The translations under genes and the position numbers were made by a program. Below, in pieces: positions 9,168-18,112 of a stretch of DNA of 64,000 bases. Origin of the DNA: an uncultured Collinsella sp. (GTDB lineage: Bacteria > Actinomycetota > Coriobacteriia > Coriobacteriales > Coriobacteriaceae); the NCBI GenBank assembly GCA_900541725.1, contig UQLB01000005.1, positions 37,717 to 101,716 on the forward strand. The letters are read 5' to 3'. Position 1 is the stretch's first letter, and the number at the start of each line of letters is the position of its first letter. The notes beneath the pieces were generated by a model. It was not told where the DNA came from. It made no database searches and saw only the letters and a list, made by a program, of their open reading frames with translations.

Positions 9168-10331
9168 CTAATACAGGCCCGCCTCGCGAATGGCCTCGAC
9201 AGCCAAAGCGATCTGATCGGGCGGCAGGACCAGCGCCATGCGCACGTGCCCCTCGCCCGAAGGGCCAAAGCTCGCGCCCGGCGTCACCACAACGCCGGCC
9301 TTCTCCATAAGCTCCTCGCAAAACGCCATGGAATCGGTGCGATCACCGGGAAGCTTGGCCCACACAAACATGGAGCCATGCGCGTTGGGTCGCTCCCAGC
9401 CCAGGCCCTCAAGTCCGTCGCACAGGGCATCGCGGCGCTCCTGGTACTTCAGACGCTGTGCCTCGACCTCATCGCGTGGACCGTTCAGGCAGGCGATGGC
9501 GGCCTTCTGGATCGGGAAGAACATGCCAAAGTCGATCTGGCTGCGCAGCTTGGCAAAGGCAGAGACCACGTCCTCTCGGCCGACCAAAAAGCCGATGCGG
9601 GCACCGGTGACGTTAAACGACTTGGAGAGCGAGAAGAACTCAACGCCCACCTCGAGCGCGCCGGGATACTGCAAGAAGCTGCCGCCCGGCTCGCCGTCGA
9701 ACACGATGTCGGAGTATGCGTTGTCGTGAACGATCAGCAGGTCGTGCTCGCGGGCAAAAGCGATGATCTCCTCGTAGATCTCGGGCGTGCCCACCGAGCC
9801 CACCGGGTTGGCGGGCAGCGACACGATCATGTACTTGGCACGATCGGCCACCTCGGGATCGATGCCCGCCACATAGGGCAGGTAATTGTGCTCCGCCACC
9901 AGCGGATAATACTCGAGTTTGGCGTCGGCGATCTTGGCCCCCGCCTCAAAAACCGGGTAGCACGGATCGGGAACCAAAATGGTGTCACCCGGATCGAGCA
10001 GGGCCAGGCCCAAATGGCCCACGCCCTCCTGCGTGCCGTTGCACGACTGCACCATGGACGGCGTAATGCCCGAAACGCCAAAGCGACGCTCATAGTAATC
10101 GCACACAGCTTGCTTGAGTTCGGGCAGGTCGCGCAGGGCATACTTCCACATCTCGGGATCTTGGGCTGCCTGCGTGAGCGCCTCGACCACGTGGTCGTAC
10201 GGCTTAAAGTCGGGCGTGCCCACGCTCATGTTGTAAATGGTCTTGCCCTGAGCCTTCAGCGCAAGCAGTTTGTTGTTGAGCGAGGCGAAGACCTCCGCGC
10301 TAAAGCGGTCGAGACGCTGCGATGCCTGCAT
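9168..10331 (-). CDS. Class I/II PLP-dependent aminotransferase (LL-DAP/N-acyl-DAP aminotransferase-like)
   Basis: Start trimmed to the ATG at 10331 (MQASQRLDRF), which has AAAGGTGG SD 7 nt upstream. SLSKSFNVTGARIG motif with the PLP-binding Lys. Confidence 0.85.
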   Translation of the reverse strand: MQASQRLDRFSAEVFASLNNKLLALKAQGKTIYNMSVGTPDFKPYDHVVEALTQAAQDPEMWKYALRDLPELKQAVCDYYERRFGVSGITPSMVQSCNGTQEGVGHLGLALLDPGDTILVPDPCYPVFEAGAKIADAKLEYYPLVAEHNYLPYVAGIDPEVADRAKYMIVSLPANPVGSVGTPEIYEEIIAFAREHDLLIVHDNAYSDIVFDGEPGGSFLQYPGALEVGVEFFSLSKSFNVTGARIGFLVGREDVVSAFAKLRSQIDFGMFFPIQKAAIACLNGPRDEVEAQRLKYQERRDALCDGLEGLGWERPNAHGSMFVWAKLPGDRTDSMAFCEELMEKAGVVVTPGASFGPSGEGHVRMALVLPPDQIALAVEAIREAGLY

Positions 10332-10349
10332 GGTGCCACCTTTCGATAT

Positions 10350-10383
10350 GAAAAACGCGGCGCTCCGACAAGAGCGCCGCGCG
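10350..10383 (-). terminator. Rho-independent terminator downstream of nadE
   Basis: GCGCGGCGCTC-ttgtcg-GAGCGCCGCG hairpin followed by TTTTTCAT on the minus strand. Confidence 0.6.
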
Positions 10384-10449
10384 ATACGGGCCATCAGATT
10401 GCAAAAGTGTAACGCTTGCAACCCCCGTATTGGTTCAATTTAGCCAACC

Positions 10450-12450
10450 TTAGTCAATCGGATCGAGCGCATCGATCTGCGCAAGCCACAGACGTGAGCT
10501 GGCGTCACTCGGCATACGCCAATCGCCGCGCGGACTGAGCGTCACCGAGCCCACCTTGGGACCATCGGGCAGGCAGCTGCGCTTAAACTGCTGGGCAAAG
10601 AAGCGACGATAGAACGTACGCAACCACGTGTGGACGGTCTTGACGTCGTAGACGCCCTCGAAGCTCTTGAGCGCCATGCGGTAGATCTTGCCCGGCTCAA
10701 AGCCAAAACGCAGCAGGTAGTAGAGGAAGTAGTCGTGCAACTCGTACGGGCCCACCAAATCCTCGGTCTTCTGCGCAATCTCGCCGTCGCCCGTGGGCGG
10801 CAGAAGCTCGGGGGACACCGGCGTATCGAGGATATCGAGCAAGACCTCGGCAATGCGCCCGCCAAAGACATCGGCGGCATAGCGTACCAGATGGCGCACA
10901 AGCGTCTTGGGCACGCTCGCGTTGACGGCGTACATGCTCATGTGGTCGCCGTTATAGGTAGCCCAGCCGAGCGCCAGCTCCGACAGGTCGCCCGTGCCAA
11001 TGACAAAACCGCCAGCCTGGTTGGCCAGATCCATCAGAATCTGCGTACGCTCGCGCGCCTGGCTGTTCTCGTAGGTCACGTCCTGCACAGCTGGATCATG
11101 CTCAATGTCCTTGAAGTGCTGCTCCACAGCCGCGTGGATCGAAACCTCGCGGAAGCTCACACCCAGGTCGCGGGCGAGCGACTCGGCATTCGACTTGGTG
11201 CGATGCGTCGTGCCGAAGCCGGGCATGGACACGGCTGTGATACCAGTGCGCGGCAGCCCCAGTGCATCGAAGGCACGCACGGTCACAAGCAGCGCTAGCG
11301 TGGAGTCCAAGCCGCCCGAAAGGCCGATAACCGCAGCCTTGGTGCCCGTGTGGGCAAGGCGAGTCTTGAGGCCAGCAGTCTGCAGATTGAGAATAGTCTC
11401 GCAGCGCTCGGCCAGATCACCGTGGTCGGCCGGCACAAAAGGCGCGCGAGGGAAAACGCGGTCGATATCGCAGGCATCGCGCAGAACAGGCTCTTTGGCC
11501 AGCACGCCCTCAAAAGAGAACTCAACGGTCGTGGCCTCCGGCGCATCGTCCGCGCGCGTCCACGTCGTCGAGCGGCGGCGCTCGGCAACCAGGCGGTCAA
11601 GGTCAACGTCGGCGACGGCCATATCGCAGGTAAGCAGTTTGGTCGCAGCGAGTTTGGAGCCGTTTTCGTAGACGAGGTTCTCGCCCGCAAAGACCATGTC
11701 GGTTGTGGACTCGCCCTCACTCGCGTCCGCATAGGCATAGGCGCAGTACAGGCGCGCGCTCTGGTTAGAGATAAGGCTGCGGCGGTAATCTGCCTTACCG
11801 ATGATCTCATCGGAAGCGGAGGGGTTGAGAATCACCGTGGCACCGGCAAGCGCCATCTCGGTCGAAGACGGTGCCGGCACCCACAGGTCCTCGCAGACCT
11901 CAATACCGAGCACCAAATCCTCGGCGCCCTTATCGCAGCAGCGGTAGACAAGCCCCGAACCCAGCGGGACCGGACCCTGACCGGCAAATTCAAGCCAAAC
12001 AGGATCGGTAGGTGCCGGAGCAAACCAGCGGCGCTCGTAGAACTCGCCATAGTTGGGCAGATACTTCTTGGCCGTGAGGCCCAAAAGCTCGCCCGCGCAG
12101 CACACGGCGGCGCAGTTGTAGATATTCTCGGCAACTGCAACGGGAAGACCGATAGTAAAGACAATCGGCAGCTCACGAGTCTCATCGAGGATATGCACCA
12201 AAGCAGCCTCGCAGGCATGCAGTAATGTGCGGTTATGGAACAGATCGGCCGCGGTATAGCCGCACAAGTTGAGCTCGGGCAGTACCAGCGCGCGAACGCC
12301 GCGCTCAACAGCCGCGCGAACAGCCGCTAACGCAACCTCGGCATTGCCCTCGACATCGGCCACGCGAATCTGCGGCGACGCCGCCGCCACACGCAAAAAG
12401 CCATCGTTCTTATTAGCCGAAACGCAGCATTGCCTTGTTGATCTGGACAC
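10450..12450 (-). CDS. nadE: Glutamine-dependent NAD+ synthetase (nitrilase domain plus NAD synthetase domain)
   Basis: 666 aa. N-terminal CN-hydrolase domain (FLRVAAASPQIRVADVEGN...) and C-terminal SGGLDS PP-loop. GTG start at 12450 (GAAGGGG SD), so the start position is uncertain. Confidence 0.9.
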   Translation of the reverse strand: MSRSTRQCCVSANKNDGFLRVAAASPQIRVADVEGNAEVALAAVRAAVERGVRALVLPELNLCGYTAADLFHNRTLLHACEAALVHILDETRELPIVFTIGLPVAVAENIYNCAAVCCAGELLGLTAKKYLPNYGEFYERRWFAPAPTDPVWLEFAGQGPVPLGSGLVYRCCDKGAEDLVLGIEVCEDLWVPAPSSTEMALAGATVILNPSASDEIIGKADYRRSLISNQSARLYCAYAYADASEGESTTDMVFAGENLVYENGSKLAATKLLTCDMAVADVDLDRLVAERRRSTTWTRADDAPEATTVEFSFEGVLAKEPVLRDACDIDRVFPRAPFVPADHGDLAERCETILNLQTAGLKTRLAHTGTKAAVIGLSGGLDSTLALLVTVRAFDALGLPRTGITAVSMPGFGTTHRTKSNAESLARDLGVSFREVSIHAAVEQHFKDIEHDPAVQDVTYENSQARERTQILMDLANQAGGFVIGTGDLSELALGWATYNGDHMSMYAVNASVPKTLVRHLVRYAADVFGGRIAEVLLDILDTPVSPELLPPTGDGEIAQKTEDLVGPYELHDYFLYYLLRFGFEPGKIYRMALKSFEGVYDVKTVHTWLRTFYRRFFAQQFKRSCLPDGPKVGSVTLSPRGDWRMPSDASSRLWLAQIDALDPID

Positions 12451-12579
12451 TGGAGGCCCCTTCTACCCTGAGATTCAGTCTAACGGACGTTCACATATCT
12501 CTAACTAGCCAAAGCAACCTCCCAGTTTACTGAGAGGCCAACCTGTGCTAAAAGCATGTATTTCAAAAATATCTTTAAT

Positions 12580-12612
12580 TAAAAAAGGAGAAATCGATAA
12601 TCGACTTCTCCT
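12580..12612 (-). terminator. Rho-independent terminator closing the low-GC radical-SAM operon
   Basis: On the minus strand: GGAGAAGTCGAT-TA-ATCGATTTCTCC followed by TTTTTTAATT. Confidence 0.65.
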
Positions 12613-12638
12613 TTAAGCGAGGCGAGTAAATTCCGAAA

Positions 12639-12749
12639 CTAATGGCAGAATTTATCCATGTAGTCCTCAAAGTCGAACACTTCCACCACGACGCCCTCTT
12701 CCTGAAACTCTTTCAGTTGCTCCAAGAGATCTTTGTTAATAACGTCCAT
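12639..12749 (-). CDS. Unannotated 36-aa acidic peptide (MDVINKDLLEQLKEFQEEGVVVEVFDFEDYMDKFCH). Candidate precursor/substrate peptide of the adjacent radical SAM enzyme.
   Basis: Not in the ORF track (<60 aa). ATG at 12749 is preceded by AGAGGAGGTTTCTGC (strong SD). It lies 13 nt downstream of the radical SAM stop and upstream of the operon terminator, within the same low-GC block. Confidence 0.45.
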   Translation of the reverse strand: MDVINKDLLEQLKEFQEEGVVVEVFDFEDYMDKFCH

Positions 12750-12762
12750 GCAGAAACCTCCT

Positions 12763-15084
12763 CTATCTAATCAATTGTAGTATATCTGCTTTCATGCAAT
12801 TATCAACCAACTTGTTTAATTGCTCCTCGTTTGCCGATAGTCCCTCTTTTTTCAAAATGTCGCGCACCTCGTTCTTAGTAATCGGCTTTTCAAACAACGA
12901 AAGCAAAGCGAACGAAAAATCATTAACCGCACACATTCTATGGGTGGCACAACTCAGCAGTACTCTTAACCCCTCTTTTGAGCGTCCGACTTCTTTCACA
13001 AACGAACTTTTAACCAATTGAAAACCATTATCGTGCATTACATAATCGGCATCGATATTTGTATTCAGCAATCCATAATGCAACAGTTCTTCTATCGCCC
13101 TTGTCAGCTCGAGGTCGCCCTGATCAAGGATAAGAGAAATGCTACAATCGGCCTCCAATAAACGGGCCAACTTAAGGTATACCAACTGGGAAACAGCATA
13201 GACATGATGGTATTCAGAATTATAGAAGTAGGCAAATGGCTCAACGAGCACGACAGAGGTCTTGGAATCCAGCCAGATTCGATCAGCTGGATTTAGACTA
13301 GTTAGCCGTCGCTTTACTTTGGTCAAATGTCCCTTATACCTGACAGCGTGAATAGAATCTAGGATCCAGGTCACCTCTGAAATATGAAGCCGCTGGGGCA
13401 AGTCAATTGTGTCGCTACCGTTTATGACCTCTTGCATATAAAAATCAATATGATGCTCATCAGATAAGGATTTTGCTTCATTTAAAGTTAAACCAGTGCC
13501 TGAAACATAATCCACTTCGAGGCGCAAATCCTCATATTGGGACTTCGGCATTACAGAGACACCATACTTATCGGGATGATTCCAAACATCCGACCCCATA
13601 ACGAGACCAAAATTCGTAAATCCTCTCGTGGAATATGGAACACCACATACCTGTTTTGAATAATTCAAAACATTCTCTGTATAAGCTAAGGTGTTCAGAG
13701 CCTCTTCTTTAGTTTCGGTCGGAAAGCCAATCATAAAGAATAGATGAACAGGAATACCCGCATTGAGACAATCATGGATATTGCGATCAATCCAATCAAC
13801 TCTCGTGTTCTTCTTCATTAGATCAAGAACTCTTTGGTTGTATGACTCGAGGCCAAACTGAATCTGCCTACATCCACTTTGGTATATCTTGTTGAAAACG
13901 TCTGTACTTAGGGTTGGAGAGAACCTCGTTTCTCCATGCCAGAAAAACGTTTTTCCCGATGCGTTTATTTCATCCGCGAGTTGCTCCATTCTTTTGCCTT
14001 CGAATGTTTCATCCACAAAAGAGAAAACTCTCGTGCCGTATTTTTCATTTAACCGACACATTATTTCAAATACTCTCGATATAGGCATCTTTCGGTAACA
14101 ACCACCGGTAGCACCGGGAATGGTGCAGAAGGCGCAATGATTAAAACACTGCCTAGAGGAATAAACCGGCAATATTAACTCAGGCATGAAGTATTTAGAA
14201 AGGGCGAAGCCATCGAAATCGGGAACTGTATCGTTGATAAATGTTTGCTCAATCCGATGGTTTTTATATATCTTTCCACCTTTAGCATGGCAAAGGTTTG
14301 GAACACAGTCGAGATTGTCATCACCGGAGTCAAGAGCCTCAAGAAGACGTGCAAGCGGCTCTTCGCCGTCATACATCATTATCGAATCAATGTATTCAAA
14401 AAAGGGATGCCATTCTTTCATGCAGTCATCTGCTAAACGAGTAATGTAATTGCCGCCCAATGAGACGTGTTTAACAGATGGACATTCTTCTTTAATCAGT
14501 TTCGCTAACGTAACTGCAGAAATCAATTGGAAACAGCCGCTCACCGAAATCCCAATAAACTCAATTTTTTCCCTCTGAATACGCTTAAGAAAGGCAGTTT
14601 CATAGAAGGAAATAAACGGATTATGCAAGGTATCCGCAAGCGATTTCATTATTTCTGGTGTCGAATAATAATCATAGGGCAGATCTATGGAGTTGAACGT
14701 GTATTTAACTCCATATGAGACGTGATTTATGATATAGAGTGCATTTCTAAAAATGTTTTCAGCATATTGTCTTTCTTTTAGATTAAAGTATCTCTTCGAT
14801 CTGAAAATATCTTTTGCCTCGTCAACATTAAGTGCTGACTTTTGTATCAACTCGATTGTTAATTGAACATTCGAACTAAACGAATCCTTTGATTCCCGAT
14901 ACCTTTTACAGCACTCTTCGACATGTCTATAAGATAGGAGGTCATCGTAAAATTCCACGTTTAAGTCAACGATGTCAACTTTATATTGTTCAACCTCTTG
15001 AAGATATGACTTCAAAACAGGCAAGGCAAGATACGGCCCCACTGGACTCCATCCTGGGGGAAATACTAAAAGCGTTTTAGGCAT
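12763..15084 (-). CDS. B12-binding domain radical SAM protein (class B rSAM, COG1032-like) with an extended C-terminal domain
   Basis: 773 aa. N-terminal cobalamin-binding-like domain, then CFNHCAFC (CxxxCxxC) at about residue 310, and an approximately 300-aa C-terminal extension. About 38% GC. Confidence 0.85.
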   Translation of the reverse strand: MPKTLLVFPPGWSPVGPYLALPVLKSYLQEVEQYKVDIVDLNVEFYDDLLSYRHVEECCKRYRESKDSFSSNVQLTIELIQKSALNVDEAKDIFRSKRYFNLKERQYAENIFRNALYIINHVSYGVKYTFNSIDLPYDYYSTPEIMKSLADTLHNPFISFYETAFLKRIQREKIEFIGISVSGCFQLISAVTLAKLIKEECPSVKHVSLGGNYITRLADDCMKEWHPFFEYIDSIMMYDGEEPLARLLEALDSGDDNLDCVPNLCHAKGGKIYKNHRIEQTFINDTVPDFDGFALSKYFMPELILPVYSSRQCFNHCAFCTIPGATGGCYRKMPISRVFEIMCRLNEKYGTRVFSFVDETFEGKRMEQLADEINASGKTFFWHGETRFSPTLSTDVFNKIYQSGCRQIQFGLESYNQRVLDLMKKNTRVDWIDRNIHDCLNAGIPVHLFFMIGFPTETKEEALNTLAYTENVLNYSKQVCGVPYSTRGFTNFGLVMGSDVWNHPDKYGVSVMPKSQYEDLRLEVDYVSGTGLTLNEAKSLSDEHHIDFYMQEVINGSDTIDLPQRLHISEVTWILDSIHAVRYKGHLTKVKRRLTSLNPADRIWLDSKTSVVLVEPFAYFYNSEYHHVYAVSQLVYLKLARLLEADCSISLILDQGDLELTRAIEELLHYGLLNTNIDADYVMHDNGFQLVKSSFVKEVGRSKEGLRVLLSCATHRMCAVNDFSFALLSLFEKPITKNEVRDILKKEGLSANEEQLNKLVDNCMKADILQLIR

Positions 15085-15091
15085 ATCAACG

Positions 15092-16279
15092 TCACATCTT
15101 TCGCAAATAATTCAATTGAAACGCAGCTACCATCATAATTGAAAATACACCAAGTCCTGTAACGAGAATTGAGAACATCGCGGTGCTCGTGAACAGCGAA
15201 ACAAGGAGTGTTGAAATAACAACAGCAACCGATTGCAAAGACTCCCTAATTGAAAACAGGCTTATCGATTCAGATTCGTCTCTCGCCAAATCCTGCAGCG
15301 ATGTTATGAGAAGCACATCTTGAATGGCGTTTCCGGCACCGACGATAAAAAGGAAAATAAACGATATCCCAGACGCATAACGATAGCCAAACGCCAGATA
15401 CGCACCGAGCGCAAGATACGTCACAAAACAATATGATTTAACGCAATCGGAACCACTAATTAAACGACCATATATTGTATTTCCGAACAACAGTCCGATT
15501 GTAAGACTACTCTGAAGGAATCCATATTGTATCGATGACGAGTCAAATTGCAATTGCGCTATAGCTGGCAAAAGAGAATTCAGAGAGCCGAATGCCACGC
15601 CACTAGAAATATCGATTAATAGGAAACCAATTGCCAAGTGCTTCGCGCTAAGATCACTAAATGCAGTCCTGTTTTTTTCATTTTTGCTTATCCCCTCTTT
15701 ATCATTAACCTCGATAACCGACGGAACATCTCGCAGCAACCAGAACGACGCGGCAAAAGAAAGCGCGTCTAATGCAAGAACAGCCTCCGCCCCAAATTGA
15801 GCGACAACAAAACCGCCGGCAACTGGCCCCAGAACCATCATCAAATTCTGCAGAAACCCAAACGAATTATTAATTACGTCGCGATTGATACTATTCGTAT
15901 TGGCTCTTAACAACGAGTAAAAGCAGGGCATTTCAACCGTTCGGCAAAGCGATACCGCGCACGTAATAGCAAACATACTCCATTTACTATCAACAAAAAT
16001 ATAGCAAACGAATAATCCCGCGCGAATTAAGTCTGCCAATCTCATGGCCTGCAGTGTCCCGATACCCATCTTCTGAGGCAGCTGCGCGAGCGAAACTGAA
16101 AACAGAGAGGGGGCAAATCTGCAGCAGACCATCAAAGCAGTTGCAGAAACATCGTGAGTTACCTCGTAAATCAGCATTGGCAAAGCAATATTCGCACACC
16201 AATTGCCTATTTCGCTTATCCCTCTAGCAATATATAGGACCCGAACCGGATGGCTAGCTCTCAATACCGTGAACATCAC
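15092..16279 (-). CDS. MFS transporter (probable exporter)
   Basis: 395 aa with about 12 predicted hydrophobic segments. Stop lies 8 nt before the rSAM start. Low GC. Confidence 0.75.
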   Translation of the reverse strand: MMFTVLRASHPVRVLYIARGISEIGNWCANIALPMLIYEVTHDVSATALMVCCRFAPSLFSVSLAQLPQKMGIGTLQAMRLADLIRAGLFVCYIFVDSKWSMFAITCAVSLCRTVEMPCFYSLLRANTNSINRDVINNSFGFLQNLMMVLGPVAGGFVVAQFGAEAVLALDALSFAASFWLLRDVPSVIEVNDKEGISKNEKNRTAFSDLSAKHLAIGFLLIDISSGVAFGSLNSLLPAIAQLQFDSSSIQYGFLQSSLTIGLLFGNTIYGRLISGSDCVKSYCFVTYLALGAYLAFGYRYASGISFIFLFIVGAGNAIQDVLLITSLQDLARDESESISLFSIRESLQSVAVVISTLLVSLFTSTAMFSILVTGLGVFSIMMVAAFQLNYLRKM

Positions 16280-16535
16280 GATTAACCTCGTATTTCAGGC
16301 CTCGTTCATCCCTTAATAGGAATCCATAATCAACCAAGTACCGCCTCAACACGGCATAATCAGGATAGAGCTGTGACAGCACACGATTAACCTGAAGCTC
16401 CGTATAACTTGTATTTAATTCAAAGAAAGAGACGGCCCATAGCAGCATGATTCTTTTATAGCTTTCCTTTTTTGGAATTGAAACCAGCTCGCCATTCTTG
16501 AGAAATCGTTTTTTAAAGTCTATTAGCTCATCCAT
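16254..16535 (-). CDS. DUF2087-like small protein (regulator-associated domain)
   Basis: 93 aa. YTELQVNRVLSQLYPDYAVLRRYLVDYGFLLRDERG resembles DUF2087. GGAGGA SD. Overlaps the MFS start. Confidence 0.5.
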   Translation of the reverse strand: MDELIDFKKRFLKNGELVSIPKKESYKRIMLLWAVSFFELNTSYTELQVNRVLSQLYPDYAVLRRYLVDYGFLLRDERGLKYEVNRDVHGIES

Positions 16536-16614
16536 TCACATCCTCCATTTCATACGCATCTAATACTAAAAATGCATACGCTTTAGGTCATCGCATTCGG
16601 CTTCTTTATTCGAA

Positions 16615-16896
16615 CTAAACTCGAACTAATCTAAATGATTTGCTCAAACACTCTTCGAAAGCTCGTTTTTCACTCTGAGTAAAATGCCCTTCCCAGTCAG
16701 TCCACGAACAGGAAGGCAACTCACAGCGAGCGGAGTCGAAGCCCTCTGCCGTCGGTCGTTCAAAATGCACGACAACCTTTTCGATATCCTCATCTGCAAT
16801 CAGGTCAGAATGAACGACCTCGGTACCGTCTTCGAATGTCATATACGGGTACATCACGTAAACCACCTCGCAATCGTAAATCCAGTTTAGCATCAA
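16615..16896 (-). CDS. Hypothetical small protein (93 aa), first gene of the low-GC operon
   Basis: ORF with ATG-ATG start in the AT-rich block. No recognisable motif. Cys-containing CELPSCSW segment. Confidence 0.45.
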   Translation of the reverse strand: MMLNWIYDCEVVYVMYPYMTFEDGTEVVHSDLIADEDIEKVVVHFERPTAEGFDSARCELPSCSWTDWEGHFTQSEKRAFEECLSKSFRLVRV

Positions 16897-17029
16897 GCTA
16901 TTGCACCAAAGACAGCAAGCCCCCCTTGATGAGTTGATGGTATCTGCTAAATGTCACGTACGATTCACATCTGGTGGGTACCCTGATGGCTGAATGAAAC
17001 GAAGCAGATTTACGCCGGGAGGACCCCGT

Positions 17030-17974
17030 ATGACAACCAAGTACACCGACGCGCCGCGCACGCGCGTCATGACGCCGGCATCGCTCAACAACGGCGTGCA
17101 CGAGAACCATTCCATCGGACAGACCATGGCCATCGCGCCCAAAAAGGGCCTGTTCGATGACATTTCCATTCCCCAGATCATCGCCGGCGCCGCAGCTGCT
17201 GCCACGAGCGTCGCGCTTGCCTCCAAGATCGGTATCGCCGGATCGGTGATCGGCGCTGCCGTGAGCTCGGTCATCACCGTTGTGTCCTCGCAGGTCTACC
17301 GCCACTTTATCTCTGCGAGCGCCGAAGCAATCAAGGGCACGCATGCCGCTGTCGACTACCCTGCCGGCGCCTACGAGCCCGTTGAGCCCGATGTCGAGGA
17401 GCACCTAGGTGGCGCCGCGACCACGCAGGAAATGCGCCAGGTTGCGGGACGCGCGACCACAGCGCGCGTCGCCCCTAACAGCCTGCGCGCCAAGGCCGCG
17501 GCAGAGTGCAGTCAGACGCAAAAGAAGGTCATCGTCTTCTCGATCGCCATCGCCATTGTCGCGGTCATCGCCTGCGCCGGTGCCATCCTTATCACCACCG
17601 CCGGTGAGGGTCTGGGTGAGCGCCCCGAGCCAATCCTTTCGTCGCATACGACCGAGCACGACGCGGATAGCTCCGGTCAATCGCAAGGCCAGCAGGACGA
17701 CCCGCAGGGCACCTCCACATCCACCGACTCGTCCTCGAACACCCCCGATCAGTCGCAGGACACCGATTCCTCTGTGAACAACAGCGGTACGCAATCCGGC
17801 ACAACCGACTCAAGCCAAACGACTGACGGCTCTCAACCGAGCACGGGCGACCAGACGAGCGGCAATACATCGGGCACGGGATCTACCGACAACAGCAGCA
17901 CTAACAGCTCGGGCGGAACCGCGTCCGGCACGGCATCTGACAGCTCGAGCCAAGGCACGACGTCGGGCAACTAA
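17030..17974 (+). CDS. Membrane protein with one or two TM segments and a long Ser/Thr/Asp/Gly/Gln-rich low-complexity C-terminal tail
   Basis: ORF 16994..17974. Start placed at the ATG at 17030 (MTTKYTD) after GGGAGGA SD. Hydrophobic IVFSIAIAIVAVIACAGAILITTA segment. Confidence 0.6.
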   Translation: MTTKYTDAPRTRVMTPASLNNGVHENHSIGQTMAIAPKKGLFDDISIPQIIAGAAAAATSVALASKIGIAGSVIGAAVSSVITVVSSQVYRHFISASAEAIKGTHAAVDYPAGAYEPVEPDVEEHLGGAATTQEMRQVAGRATTARVAPNSLRAKAAAECSQTQKKVIVFSIAIAIVAVIACAGAILITTAGEGLGERPEPILSSHTTEHDADSSGQSQGQQDDPQGTSTSTDSSSNTPDQSQDTDSSVNNSGTQSGTTDSSQTTDGSQPSTGDQTSGNTSGTGSTDNSSTNSSGGTASGTASDSSSQGTTSGN

Positions 17975-18112
17975 GCGCGTTTGCCTCTCATAGATAACCG
18001 ACCTGCATAACGGGCGCGAACCGGCAACGGTCGCGCCCGTTTGCCTTGGGCGACGAGATGGCAAGCCCCGTGCGATGGTAAGATGCTTTGGTGTGTAAAG
18101 AGGAGATTTGCC

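Noticed and set aside
9147-10412. 421-aa plus-strand ORF opposite the aminotransferase
   Set aside because: Shadow ORF. The minus strand has PLP-binding motifs and a good SD.
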